Below are positions 48,351-59,919 of a stretch of 64,000 bases of DNA, one piece after another. The notes under the pieces are model-generated. The model did no database searches. It saw only the letters and a program-made list of their open reading frames with translations, and had not been told where the DNA came from. The DNA lies in contig CM059427.1 in assembly GCA_030390025.1 (NCBI GenBank), forward strand, positions 186,558,001 through 186,622,000. Reading direction: 5' to 3'. A program made the translations under genes and the position numbers. Position 1 is the stretch's first letter. Every line of letters begins with the position of its first letter. Source of the stretch: Squalus acanthias (Eukaryota).

Positions 48351-48993
48351 CTCCATGATTTATCCATCCCTCATTGTACCATTTCCTCCCAGAAATACCT
48401 TGGGTGAAAATAGAACAATCAAGGATGGATAATTCATAATCCGATGAATGTGGTGTGAAATTCCTTCAAATTAGCAGGCCATAAAGACCTCCAGTAACAT
48501 TTACAATAATAGATCCCAAGACTGACCCCTTACCTGTAGCGGTCATCTCCCGATCCTTATCACCTGGAGTGGATCGAGGGGGAATCACAGATTAACCTTA
48601 CAGGTGTGATGCAATCGCCCGAACGTGCTAATGAACCCATCCCCGGGATTTGGGGAGGGGTCAACGTTTATGGCTGGAGGTGGCAGGGAGTCCCGGTCTG
48701 TCCTTATTCTGTAGCGGAGCTGGAATCCCAGAATTTCGACCCCAGGCACTTCATGGTATAACACTCCTTTCATTATAAAACAGCAGATTCTCCGATTTGC
48801 CATGAGCTCTGCCATTTGAGATCCTCCAGTAACATTTACAATAACAGATCGCAAGACTGACCCCTTTGCTACCCATCCTGAAATGTTTTTGAGCTTGATT
48901 TTGAGCTACCCTCTGGTTTTTTTTGGAGCCAGTTTTCGATCTCAGCTCAAATGTGTACAACAACAATGATGTCTGAACCCTGAGCTGAAAGGG

Positions 48994-49021
48994 AAGAGGA
49001 AGCTCGCCTGCCCTGTGGTTT
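48994..49021 (+). promoter_or_regulatory. Candidate leukocyte promoter: ETS/PU.1-like AAGAGGAAG next to RUNX TGTGGTTT
   Basis: Both motifs lie within 65 bp upstream of a signal-peptide-like reading frame; motif matches only. Confidence 0.4.
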
Positions 49022-49056
49022 CACAAGAGACAGCGTCAATTACTTTGTGCAGAGCA

Positions 49057-49146
49057 ACGACTGAGAACCTCAGTGTGTTGTGTGTCGCTGTGCTGGGAGC
49101 TTTGCTGCTCAGCCTCTGGACTTCTTCACTCATCTCTTCCCACAAG
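49057..49146 (+). other. Candidate leader (signal peptide) exon of a downstream gene or pseudogene, starting ACG
   Basis: gcaACGa then TENLSVLCVAVLGALLLSLWTSSLISSHK and AAG|gtaggc donor; no in-frame ATG after the upstream TGA at 48967. Confidence 0.45.
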
Positions 49147-49974
49147 GTAGGCAATCTTACTGCAATCATTCTTTTTAAAGGATTGATTTAAATGTGGTTT
49201 GAATAACTGATCACATTTTTCAAAGATGTTGCACCCTTTAGACTAAACAAGGGCATCAAGTGCTTCTTTATATGGTTTAATCTCCTTTTTCATAAAACTC
49301 CAATAAGGGGGTTTCTTACAAATTAATGACTGCCGTCTGCTATTTTACACATTTTAAGCTTTCCTGCTTGTTGCCTGGTTGATATAAAATTTTCGTCTTT
49401 CACTGGATTTGTTTTTTCTGGTTTCCCAAGTGATGCTCTGGTTCTGTTTGAGGTTTTCATTGTCCTTCAATGTTCTGCTGGCGATTCAGTTCTTTGACTA
49501 ATCAGTGATGCCCAATTTAGTTGAAAACGTCTCCCAGAGAAATAGGAAGTAAAAGAGTGAAAAACTAAAATGTGAGAGAAGAGATGAACCATTACGGGCA
49601 AACTTGATTGGCAGCCCTTAGTGTGGGCTTGACGACTGCCCCTACGTTTAGTTCAGCTCCTCCAGTGAATATGATACAGGGAAAAGCAGAAGCTCTAATT
49701 GAACTGAGGATCTGCCTGAAACCCGTTACCTTCTAATTGAGCTCGGAAAGCACAGCAATTACACCTTGCAGTCTGAAATCGCCACATTGAGCTTTCATAG
49801 TTTCCCTTTATCGGCACAGTAATACAGTGTGTGTGAGATGGTACAATGCTCCTGCCCTTGTAAACCAGCCTCTGACCTACTGTGAGCAACACCATAGCAG
49901 ATACACTACCTTTAAAGAATTCTGTTTGGAAATCTATAAACCAAAGGATTATGGCCTATTTACGGTCATTTGGA

Positions 49975-50256
49975 TTTTTTAAATGTTAAACAATAATAAA
50001 ATCATCGTGGGCTTGTTTAACTGCTCTTGATTCAGGCCATGTGAGTAACCCAAAGCAGTAGATGGTTCTCTTAATGTCACAGTTTTAGATGAAGCACATT
50101 TGAGCGTTAGGTAGATCGCTGAAGGATGTCGATGTAGTTAATCTAAAACTGTGACAATAAGATAACCATCTACTGCTTTGGGTTAGTCACATGACGTAAC
50201 TGAGGACCATTTAGACAAGCCCATGACCATTTCATTATTATCTGACATTAAAAAAA
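49975..50256. repeat. Imperfect ~280-bp palindrome (old hairpin MITE-like)
   Basis: catgtgagtaacccaaagcagtagatggtt...tgtcacagttttagat / atctaaaactgtgaca...aaccatctactgctttgggttagtcacatg. Confidence 0.85.
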
Positions 50257-50765
50257 ATTGTTTTTACGTATGTTTCAGACTTGATATATACTTTATTTGT
50301 AATTCCAAATATAAAAATTATTAGTTTCACATAACTTGCAGACAAAACACTCAAAATATAAGGTGTCAGCTATGGCTCAGTGGTAGCACTCTCGCATCTG
50401 AGTAAGAAGATTGTGGTTTAATGTCCGACTCCAGAGACTTGAGCACATAATCTCGGCTGATACTTCAGTGCAGTATTGAGGGAGTGCTGCACTGTTGGAG
50501 GTGTCGTCTTTCGGATGACCTATCTGCCCTATCAGGTAAACGTTAATGATCCCAGGGCACTATTTGAAGAAGAGCAGGGCTGTTCTCGTGTTGTCCTGGT
50601 CAACATTTATTCCTTCCCCAAAATCTAAAAAAGATGTTCTGGTCATAAATTTAATTAATGTTTGTGAAACTTGCTGTGCGCAGATTGGCTGCCGCGTTTA
50701 CTACATAACAAATGTAATTTATTGTAAAGTGTTTTGGGATGTCTTGAGGTTGTGAAAGATATTAT

Positions 50766-51104
50766 GGGCTGGATTTTACCGATCTCGGTGGGTCCGTGGC
50801 GGGCGACGTCGGTGCCGGGTCCTGGCCCCACTGAAGGCTCCAGCCCACTGTGCAGAATGAATTTCCCTTGATTGGGCTTGTTAAGCCCGTCCAGCACGTT
50901 TCCAGGCCATATATAAGAAGCGGGTCTGGTGACGTCATTTGATGATGCGTCATCAGCCGGTTACCTTAAAGGGGCCATGGCCAACTTTAATTTGACATTT
51001 TTGCTGTCATTGATTTACAGCATTGAGGTGCTGCAAACACTGACAAGCACTGCACAGGGGCACAGGGCTGCACCCAGGCTCTCTCACAACTCCCTCCATA
51101 TGCT
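50766..51104 (+). mobile_element. Left end of a Harbinger element (related to 12373)
   Basis: GGGCTGGATTTT terminus, start of Myb ORF remnant (HRAAPRLSHNSLHML). Confidence 0.7.
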
Positions 51105-51409
51105 TAGTCCTAGTCTACTCAATCTCTCCTCATTGGACAATCCCCCTATCCCAGGAACCAGTCTGGTGAACTTTCGTTGCACTCCCTCTAAGGCAAGTAT
51201 ATCCTTCCTTAAGTCAGGAGACCAAAACTGTACACAATACTCCAGTTGTGTTCTCACCAGGGCCCTATTTAATTGCAGTAAGACGTCTTTACTCTTATAC
51301 TCAAATTCTCTTGTAATAAACATGATGTGTAATGCCGGTGTTGGACTGGGGTGGACAAAAGTGAGAAGTCGCACAACACCAGGTTATAGTCCAACAGTTT
51401 TATTTGAAA

Positions 51410-51447
51410 TCACAAGCTTTCGGAGCGGCTGCTCCTTCGTCAGGTGA
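51410..51447 (-). ncRNA. Minimal hammerhead ribozyme motif
   Basis: Reverse complement TCAC-CTGACGA-A-GGAGC/GCTCC-GAAA-GCT-T-GTGA. Confidence 0.75.
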
Positions 51448-53163
51448 AGTGAAGAAATACAAATTGGCACAGCATATATAGACAGAGAACAATGCCTGTG
51501 CAGAGAACAATGCCAGACGACTGCAGTTAATCTTTCTGACTGCCTTTTATCACACCTCGGCAGAGAGACAATCAGGTCAGTCAGGAAGACATTATATCAA
51601 AGACATAGCAAAATACAACTAAGACAATGAGGTGGGGTCACAGGGGGTCTAATGTATCAGATGCTGCAGTCTGTATGGAAAACCAAAAACTTTAAACTTT
51701 TTTTTACTTTTTTTACTGGAAGTCACATCTGTTAACAAGACAACGACAACTCGAGTCTGGATGACTCTACGTCAGGTGGGGTTACATGTAGTGTGACATG
51801 AACCAAAGATCCCGGTTGAGGCCGTCCTCATGGGATGGAACTTGGCTATCAGTTTCTGCTCGATGATTGTGCGTTGTCGTGTGTCTCGAAGGCCGCCTTG
51901 GAGAACGCTTACCCGAAGATCCGAGGCTGAATGTCCTTGACTGCTGAACTGTTCCCCAACTGAGAGGTAACATTCCTGCCTGGCGATTGTTGCGCGGTGT
52001 CCGTTCATACGTTGTCGCAGTGTCTGCATGGTCTCGCCGAAGTACCATGCTCCGGGGCATCCTTTCCTGTAACGTATGAGGTAGACAACGTTGGCCGAGT
52101 CACATGAGTATGTACCATGTACCTAGTGGGTAGTGACCTCACGTGTGATGATGGTATCTGTGTTGATGATCTGGCATGTCTTGCAGAGGTTGCCGTGGCA
52201 GGGTTGTGTGGTGTCGTGGTCGCTGTTCTCCTGAAAGCTGGGTAATTTGCTGCGAACGATGGTACTTTTGAGGTTAGGCGGCTGTTTGAAGGCGAGTAGT
52301 GGAGGCGTGGGGATGGCCTTAGCGAGGTGTTCGTCCTCATCTATGACATGTTGAAGGCTGCGAAGAAAATGGCGTAGTTTCTCCGCTCCAGGGAAGTACT
52401 GGACAACGTAGGGTACTCTGTTGGTTGTGTCCCGTGTTCGCCTTCTGAGGAGGTCTATGCGATTTTTCGCTGTGGCCCGTCGGAACTGTCGATCGACGAG
52501 TCGAGCGTCATATCCCTTTCTTATGAGGGCGTCTTTCAGCGTCCGTAGGTGTCCATCGCGTTCCTCCTCGTCTGAGCAGATCCTGTGTATTCGCAGGGCT
52601 TGTCCATAGGGGATGGCTTCTTTAACGTGGTTACGGTGGAAGCTGGAGAAGTGGAGAATCGTGAGGTTGTCCATGGGCTTGCGGTAGAGTGAAGTGCTGA
52701 GGTGTCTGTCTTTGATGGAGATTCATGTGTCCAAGAATGAAACCGATTCATCGATCAGAAACTGATAGCCAAGTTCTGCACCCATGAGGACGGCCTCAAC
52801 CGGGATCTTGGGTTCATGTCACGCTACATGTAACCCCACCTGACGTAGAGTCATCCAGACTCGAGTCGTCATTGATTGTTCACAGATGTGATTTCCAGTA
52901 AAAAAAGTAAAAAGTTTAAAGATTCTGGTTTTCCATACAGACTGCAGCATCTGACACAGTAGACCCCCTGTGACCCCACCTCATTGTCTCAGTTGTATCT
53001 TGCTATGTCTTTGATATAATGTCTTCCTGACTGACCTGGTTGTCTCTCTGCCGAGGTGTGATTAAAGGCAATCAGAAAGATTAACTGTAGTCGTCTGACA
53101 TTGTTCTCTGCACAGGCATTGTTCTCTGTCTATATATGCTGTGCCGATTTGTATTTCTTCACT

Positions 53164-53201
53164 TCACCTGACGAAGGAGCAGCCGCTCCGAAAGCTTGTG
53201 A
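53164..53201 (+). ncRNA. Minimal hammerhead ribozyme motif
   Basis: TCAC-CTGACGA-A-GGAGC/GCTCC-GAAA-GCT-T-GTGA. Confidence 0.75.
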
Positions 53202-53307
53202 TTTCAAATAAAACTGTTGAACTATAACCTGGTGTTGTGCAACTTCTCCCTCTTGTAATAAAGGCCAACATACCATTTGCTTTCCTAATTGCTTGCTGTA
53301 CCTGCAT

Positions 53308-54056
53308 AATGGCCCAAAAATTAGTGTTGCTACGCGAGAGTACGCACTGTGTACTCTCGCGTATTCTGTCTCCAATTGCCGGTTTTCTGCATGCACTGCG
53401 CATGCGCTGAAAACCGGCACTTGGTGATTTCAAAAGGGGGCGGTTCCTAGGTGAACCGCGTGCGCGCTACAGGCTGCGCGCACGCAGTGCACTTAGTGCT
53501 TTGAACGCGCAGGTAAGTATGGAAGATTTTGCACATAAAGAAAGGAGGCGTAAGACCCTCTTTTAACAAGGTAAGTAGTTAATTAAGTATTATTTTGAAT
53601 TTTTTTCAACAGCTATATCTTTTTTAGAGACTTTAAAGAAAGGTAAGTTTATTTTTATAACTTTTTAAAAGATTTAAAAAATTTTCAAAAATTTAATTTT
53701 TTGTTTAAAATGGTTAATTTATTTAACTATACTTATTTTATTAATGTGATGGGTTTTTTAAAAAATTTAATTGAGGTTTAGCTGTTCTTTTGGGGGGGTA
53801 TAGATTCATAGCTTTCACAGCACTTGTTGTGAAAGCATGAATGAAAGATGGTGTGCTGCCATTGGCTCTAACTGAGTCACGTGATCCCACAGCTCGCACA
53901 AATTAACTGCGCCTGTGGGATACGGAAGCCCTGCACAGCTGCTGTCCAGAACATCAAGTTCGTGCGAGCTGGGAATGAAAAAGCCAGCGCGCAGTGAGAG
54001 ATCGCGGGGAAGCCTTACCCTCGCACGAAGGCTCACTCACTAATTTTTGGGCCATT
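53308..54056. mobile_element. MITE (same family as 33958-34722)
   Basis: AATGGCCCAAAAATTAGTG / CACTAATTTTTGGGCCATT. Confidence 0.88.
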
Positions 54057-55374
54057 AACTTTCAGTGATTCTTGTGCAAGGACACCCGGGTCCCTCTGAA
54101 AACCAACATTTCCCAATCTCCCAATCTCTCACCATTTAAAAAATAGTCTGCTTTTCTATTTTTCCTACAAAAGCGAATAACATTTCTCCATATTATATTC
54201 CATTTGCCATGTTCTTGCCCACTCACTTAGTCTGTCTATCTCCCCTTGAAGCCTCCTTGCATCCTCCTCATAACTTACACACCCAGCTTACCACCCAGCT
54301 TTGTATCATCAGTAAATTTGGATATATTACATTTCATCCCTTCATCAAAATCATTGATGTAGATTGTGAATAGCTGAGGACCTAGCACTGATCCTTGCGG
54401 TACCCCACTAGTTAAAGCCTGCCAACACGAAAATAACCCGTTTATTCCTACTCTCTGTTTTCTGTCTGTTAACCTATCCTCAATCTATGCTAGTATATTA
54501 CCCCCAATCAAATGAGCCCTAATTTTGTTTAATAACCTCATGTGTGGCATCTTATCGAATGCCTTCTGAAAATTCAAATACCACATCCACTGGTTCCCCC
54601 TTATCTATTCTGCTAGTTACAACCTCAAAAAAATCTAACAGATTCGTCAAACACGATTTCCCTTTCATAAATCCGTGTTGACTCTGCCCAATCCTATTAT
54701 TATTTTCGAAGTGCCCTGTTACCACGTCCTTAATAATAGATTCTAGCATTTTCCCGACTACTGATGTCAGGCTAACTGGTCTGTAATTCCCCGTTTTCTC
54801 TCTTCCTCCTTTCTTAAATAGTGGGGTTACATTTGCTACCTTCCAATCCACAGGAACCATTCTAGAATCTATGGAATTTTGGAAAATGACAACCAATGCA
54901 TCCACTATCTCTATAGCCACCTCTTTGAAAATCCTAGGATGCAGGCCATCAGCTCCAGGAGATTTATCGGCTTTCAGTCCCATTAATTTCTCCAGTACTA
55001 TTTTTTTACTAATACTAATTTCTTTCAGTTCTTCATTCTCGCTTGAGCCTTGGTTTTCCACTATTTGCGGGAAATTTTTTGCATCTTCTTTCGTGAAGAC
55101 AGACACAAAGGCCGCGATTTTACCATCGGCAGCGGGTTGGAGCCAGGTTGGCTGTTCGGCGGGTTCCAATCCCGCTGCCGGTTTCAGCTGCTCTGAATTA
55201 ACTATTTTCCTTTAAGTGGGCTTATTAAGCCCGTTGTTACCCGGCCCAATCAGTGGGTTCAGGTCTGCTGCTCGCCTCTGCTGACGTCTTCCATCCAGCT
55301 GCATTTAAGGGGCCCTTGCAGCCTTGTGGTTTTTCATTCCTATTCTGATGCTTCTCAGAGTGGCAGATAGCGAA

Positions 55375-57273
55375 ATGACTGCTTCAAGAGCAAAGGCCTC
55401 TCCAAGATTCGATGATGACTCCCTCCATGCTCTTGTGGAGGGAGTGAGAGGGCACCAAGAGGTACTGGTCCCCTCAAATGGACGGAGGAAGCCTCCTCAG
55501 CAAACCAAGGCAGCCTGGCTGCCAATTGCTGAGGAGGTGAGCGCCAGGTCTTTGTGTGCACGCACCTGGGTTCAGTGCAGCAAAAGGTTCAATGATCTGC
55601 TACGTACAGCAAAAGTGAGTATAACATCACACTTACCTTCAATCTGCTCCCCATCTCCTCTCATCACCAGCACTCTGCATTGTCAACCTACTCCTGCACA
55701 TCCCAACTTACCCTTACATCCCTTGCACCCTTAACCATCCCTCTCTCTCTATGTACAGAATCGCTTCACCATTCTACTATGCACCCCTCACACTCGCTAT
55801 CACTGTTATGCAATGACAACAACTAACAACGCACAGGGATGGCCCTTGGTGTTGGCACCTCACTCCATCTTTGTCTCCCTCTAAGCATCTATGCTGTAGA
55901 TTCTCTACACTCACTCCAACATTCTCACTCAAACTCCACTTGTGTCCCTCATTGCAGGAAAAGAGAGCCCACAATAAGAGGGAGAGGGCAGGACAGGAGG
56001 AGGGCCACCTTCCATGGCGCATTTGAACACCGCTGAGGAGGCTGCTATCGACATCGTCGGAGGTGCTGAGGAGCTGGAAGTGGGGGACGGAGAGACGGGC
56101 ACAGTAGAGCAAGCTGGTGACAGAATAGATTTGCAACCCTCTCATTTAGATTGCATGAGTGACTGATATGGCATCTGATGTTCATACAGATTGAGTTCTG
56201 ATCATCTGCACAATGGGATGTGTCTGCTACGTTAATATCACATGTCTAACTCATGCCTTTACTCCCCCACAGGACCATCGAGAGCCCCCCTCCCCACTGT
56301 CCAGGAGGAAGAGCCAGAAGACTTCCCAGAGGAAGCTGCAACCTCTGAGGGTGCAGTGTCAGCAGAATTGAGAGCACCCAGCACCAGCACAGAGACGCGC
56401 ACCTTGGTGGGTCATTCGTGAGATAGATTAGTGTTTTCACCTGGTGTATCACAGCTCACAAGTGAGCATCAGCAGATGGTGGAGACAGGGACAGCAGGGG
56501 AGAGTCCTCGTCAGAGGGCGCAGGGCGCTCCTAGCTCTGCTCAGCTGCATGTGGACCCTGTGCCTCTGGGGCCATCCAGAAAGAGAGCGGTGCTGGAACT
56601 TCAGGAACAAGTGCAGGAGTCTCTGACAGGGTTTGCAACCACTGTAACTGCGAGTGTGCAGAGAATGGAGGAGTCCATCCCAAACATGAGCAATGCCATG
56701 GTGCACTCAATGGCGAATGTAGGTGCTGCCATGGAAAGGATGGCAACCTCCATGGAGGACATAAATCGCCAGATGCAAATGAACATGGTGACTCTTCTAA
56801 ATAGATGGTCTGCTATGGAGGATAGATGGACATCTATTGAGGAGAGGAACCAGAGGTACATGGGGACTGTCAGTACAGAGACAGGTCCTCATGTCCCCAC
56901 TGATGTGCAGCAAGGTGCTCTCCAGCTACTTGCTAGCAGTGAAGTGCTGGCGACCCATGAGAGGGATGTTGGTGGTCGACAACAAGGAAGTGTGGGCCCC
57001 TCTCCAAGCGCTCACGCTCCCATGCCACTGCAGAGCCCTCGGTCAGAGCCCTAGATTCCTCACCAACTGAGATGGCCATCTCAGCCCCTGCACAGCCGTA
57101 GGAGGAGCAGACTGTTGCTGAGCCCTCCCAGGCTCCCAAACCCAGAGGACGCCCGTCAAAGGTGTCGAAGCAGGAGCAGTATGAAAGTGAGCAAGGTGCC
57201 TCAACATCTGCTGAAGCCACAGGGGAAGCACCATGTAGAAGCACTCGTAAGAGAAAGTTAACATGCAAATAGT
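55375..57273 (+). pseudogene. Harbinger Myb/SANT-like DNA-binding gene, 3 exons (55375-55614, 55958-56116, 56273-), disrupted
   Basis: PRFDDDSLHALVEGV...AWLPIAEEV...RTWVQCSKRFNDL; exon 2 EKRAHNKRER/TGGGPP with 1-nt frameshift; in-frame TGA at 56419. Confidence 0.82.
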
Positions 57274-57478
57274 CACAAGGGTAGTCACTTGTGTGTTCTG
57301 ATCTAATACAAAGTGAAGATTATCATCGTTATTTCAATTGTAATAAAGAAATGCAATGGCGTATGTGTGCCCAGAAATGGACGTGTCACAGTGAGTGGTC
57401 AGGGCACCTCTCATCTGTAATGATGGTGGCGAGAGTGATAGGAACCCACAGTTTATTGTACAGATGCTGTATGATGTG

Positions 57479-58758
57479 TTAAGAAGGTCGGCCAGACACA
57501 CATTTCCATGTGGTAGCCACATGAGTTTGCTTTGTAAACTTACGCGAATCTGGCTGGATTAGTGCATCCCTTTCCTCACGGCCAGCAATGTGCTCGCGTG
57601 CTGGTGGAACTGTCACATCTGCCTCTGCAAGGTCTTCCTCCTCTGAGGAGGAGGAGGAGGAGGAGGCTGGGCATTGAGCCAGTTGTTCCTCAGGCAGCGG
57701 TAAGCCACGATGCTGTGCGATGTTGTGCAGTGCACAGCAGACCACGTTGATTCTGGAGACCCTGGCCAGTGAGGACTGTAGGGCTCCACCTGATCTGTCG
57801 AGGCATCTGAATCGCATTTTGAGCAAGCCAATGGTTTGCTCCATGATGCTTCTGGTGGAAATGTGGCTGGCATTGTAGCGCTCCTCAGCTTCATTTGATG
57901 GCCTCCTCATCGGTGTCATTAGCCACGTCTTCAGGGGATAGCCCTTGTCTCCAAGGAGCCATCCGGAAAGATGGGTTGGCAGATTGAACAGCTGAGGCAC
58001 AGTAGACTGCCGCAGGATGAACGAGTCATGACAACTGCCAGGGAATTTGGCGCAAACATGCATAATGTTCTTCCTGTAATTACACACCAGCTGGACGTTA
58101 AGGGAGTGGGAGCCCTTGCAGTTGACAAATAAAGCTGGGTTGTGATGGGGTGCCCTAATGGCCACATGTGTGCAGTCTACAATGCCCTGCACCCTTGGCA
58201 AGCCTGCCATATTTGCAAAGTCAACCGCACACACGGTTACACTTGCTTCATCCATAGAGAAGTGGATGTAATTGAGCGACTTTGCAAAGAGGGCATCGGT
58301 AACCTGTGTGATGCAAGTGTCCGTGGCCGACTGGAGATGCAGCTGATGTCTGCTGCTGATCCCTGAAAGGACCCTGAAGCAAAAAAGTTGAATGCGGTGG
58401 TGACTTTGACAGCCACTGGTCAGGAGTGTCCACCCGCTCCTCTGGGCTCCAGGTGTTGGTGCAGCATTGCGCAGATGTCAGCGACTACCTTTCGCGAATG
58501 TCTCAGCCTCCTTTGGCACTGCTGCTCAGTCATGTTGAGGAAGCTCATCCTCTGCCTGTAAACCCTGTGTTGGGGGTATCTCCTGTGACGCGGTGCAGCC
58601 CTGCGCGGACGCCCTCTGCCCTGTGCAGCATCAGGTGGGTGAGGAGAAGTTTGGTGCTCCTGTTGTTGCTGCTGCTGTTGTGCCTGGTTCTGCTGCTGCC
58701 GCAGCTGCTCTTCCTCCAATTCTGAGGACCAGGATGAGAGAGTATAAATGGTTCCCAT
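57479..58758 (-). pseudogene. Harbinger (HARBI1-like) DDE transposase, disrupted
   Basis: [50 protein letters not shown]; stop at 58420 and frameshift near 58300. Confidence 0.9.
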
Positions 58759-59919
58759 TCCACTGGTATATATCTCAGTTGAGGAATAGACATTATAAGC
58801 GCTCAGTAAATGTGGGGAGAGGGTTTTCCAAGGAGGTCACAGTGCATATGGTTCTCAGCTTAAACACTTACAAGCTCAATAGATCTGGAAAATGTGTTCC
58901 AAAACCTCAAAACACAAAGTTCTGGCATCTGAAAGTCAGCCATGTTACAGGTCCGCTTTTATGCTGCAGGTGCAGCGGTCAAGAATTCAGCGAGTTGCTG
59001 AACCCGGCACAATCAGCTGGCATGTTTGTCGCACAACGTGCAACATGCTGAAAATGTCGTAAAATGGGAAGAGCCTGTTAAAATGGGATTATGTAGGCAA
59101 TTAACAAGCTGTTAACTGCCTTAATCGCCTCTCCCGCCGCTTGGTGTCGGGTCTGATCGGGAACTCGGAGACCCGACACTTTGCAAAGTTGCGTGGAGGT
59201 GGGATGGCGGCGGGTTCGCAACCTGCCATTAATCATTTAGTTTTTCACTCCTGACCCACCTCCCAACCCGCCCTCTGAGCACCAGCAAAATCGTGACCAA
59301 AGTATTTGTTTAATTTCCAGCCTTTTCCTTATTCCCCATTATAATTTCTCCTGTCTCAGCCTGTAAGGGACCCACATTTACTTTCGCTAACCTTTTCCTA
59401 TTTACATACCTATAGAACCTTTTACAGTCTGTTTTTATGTCTCTCGCTAGTTTACTCTCATATTCTATTTTCCCTTTCTTTATCAATTTCTTGGTCCTCC
59501 TTTGCTGAACTCTAAAATCCTCCCAATCCTCAGGTGTACTACTCTGGTTGGCAACATTATAAGCCTCTTCCTTTGATCTAATACTATCTTTAACTTCTCT
59601 TGTTAGCCACGGTTGGACCACTTTTCCAGTGGGGTTTTTGTGCCTTAAAGGAATGTATAGTTGTTGTAAATTATGTATTAATTCTTTAAATGCTAGACAT
59701 TGCTTGTCTACCGTCAAACCTTTTAATGAAGTATCCCAATCTACCTTAGCCAACTCGCCCCTCATACCTACATAGATTGCTTTGTTTAGATTTAAGACCC
59801 TAGTTTCGGATTTAACTAAATCACTTTCAAACTCAATATAAAATACTATGGTCACTCTTCCTTAAAGGACCCTTTACTACAAGGTTATTAATTAACCCTT
59901 TCTCATTGTACAATACTAG

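Larger units (their letters stand above)
51321..53249 (-). mobile_element. Penelope element, 5'-truncated, with inverted pLTR at its 5' end
   Basis: GIY-YIG remnants 51783-52750(-); inverted copy 52751-53249; 13-bp TSD CTCTTGTAATAAA (51308-20 / 53250-62). Confidence 0.92.
55110..59298. mobile_element. Full-length PIF/Harbinger DNA transposon with convergent Myb/SANT and transposase genes
   Basis: TIR GGCCGCGATTTT / AAAATCGTGACC; TSD AAA (55107-09 / 59299-301) restoring CR1 sequence gacacaaagtatttg. Confidence 0.92.

Noticed and set aside
57479-58255. Domesticated HARBI1 host gene
   Set aside because: Lies within TIRs and TSD with its Myb partner, and has a stop and frameshift.
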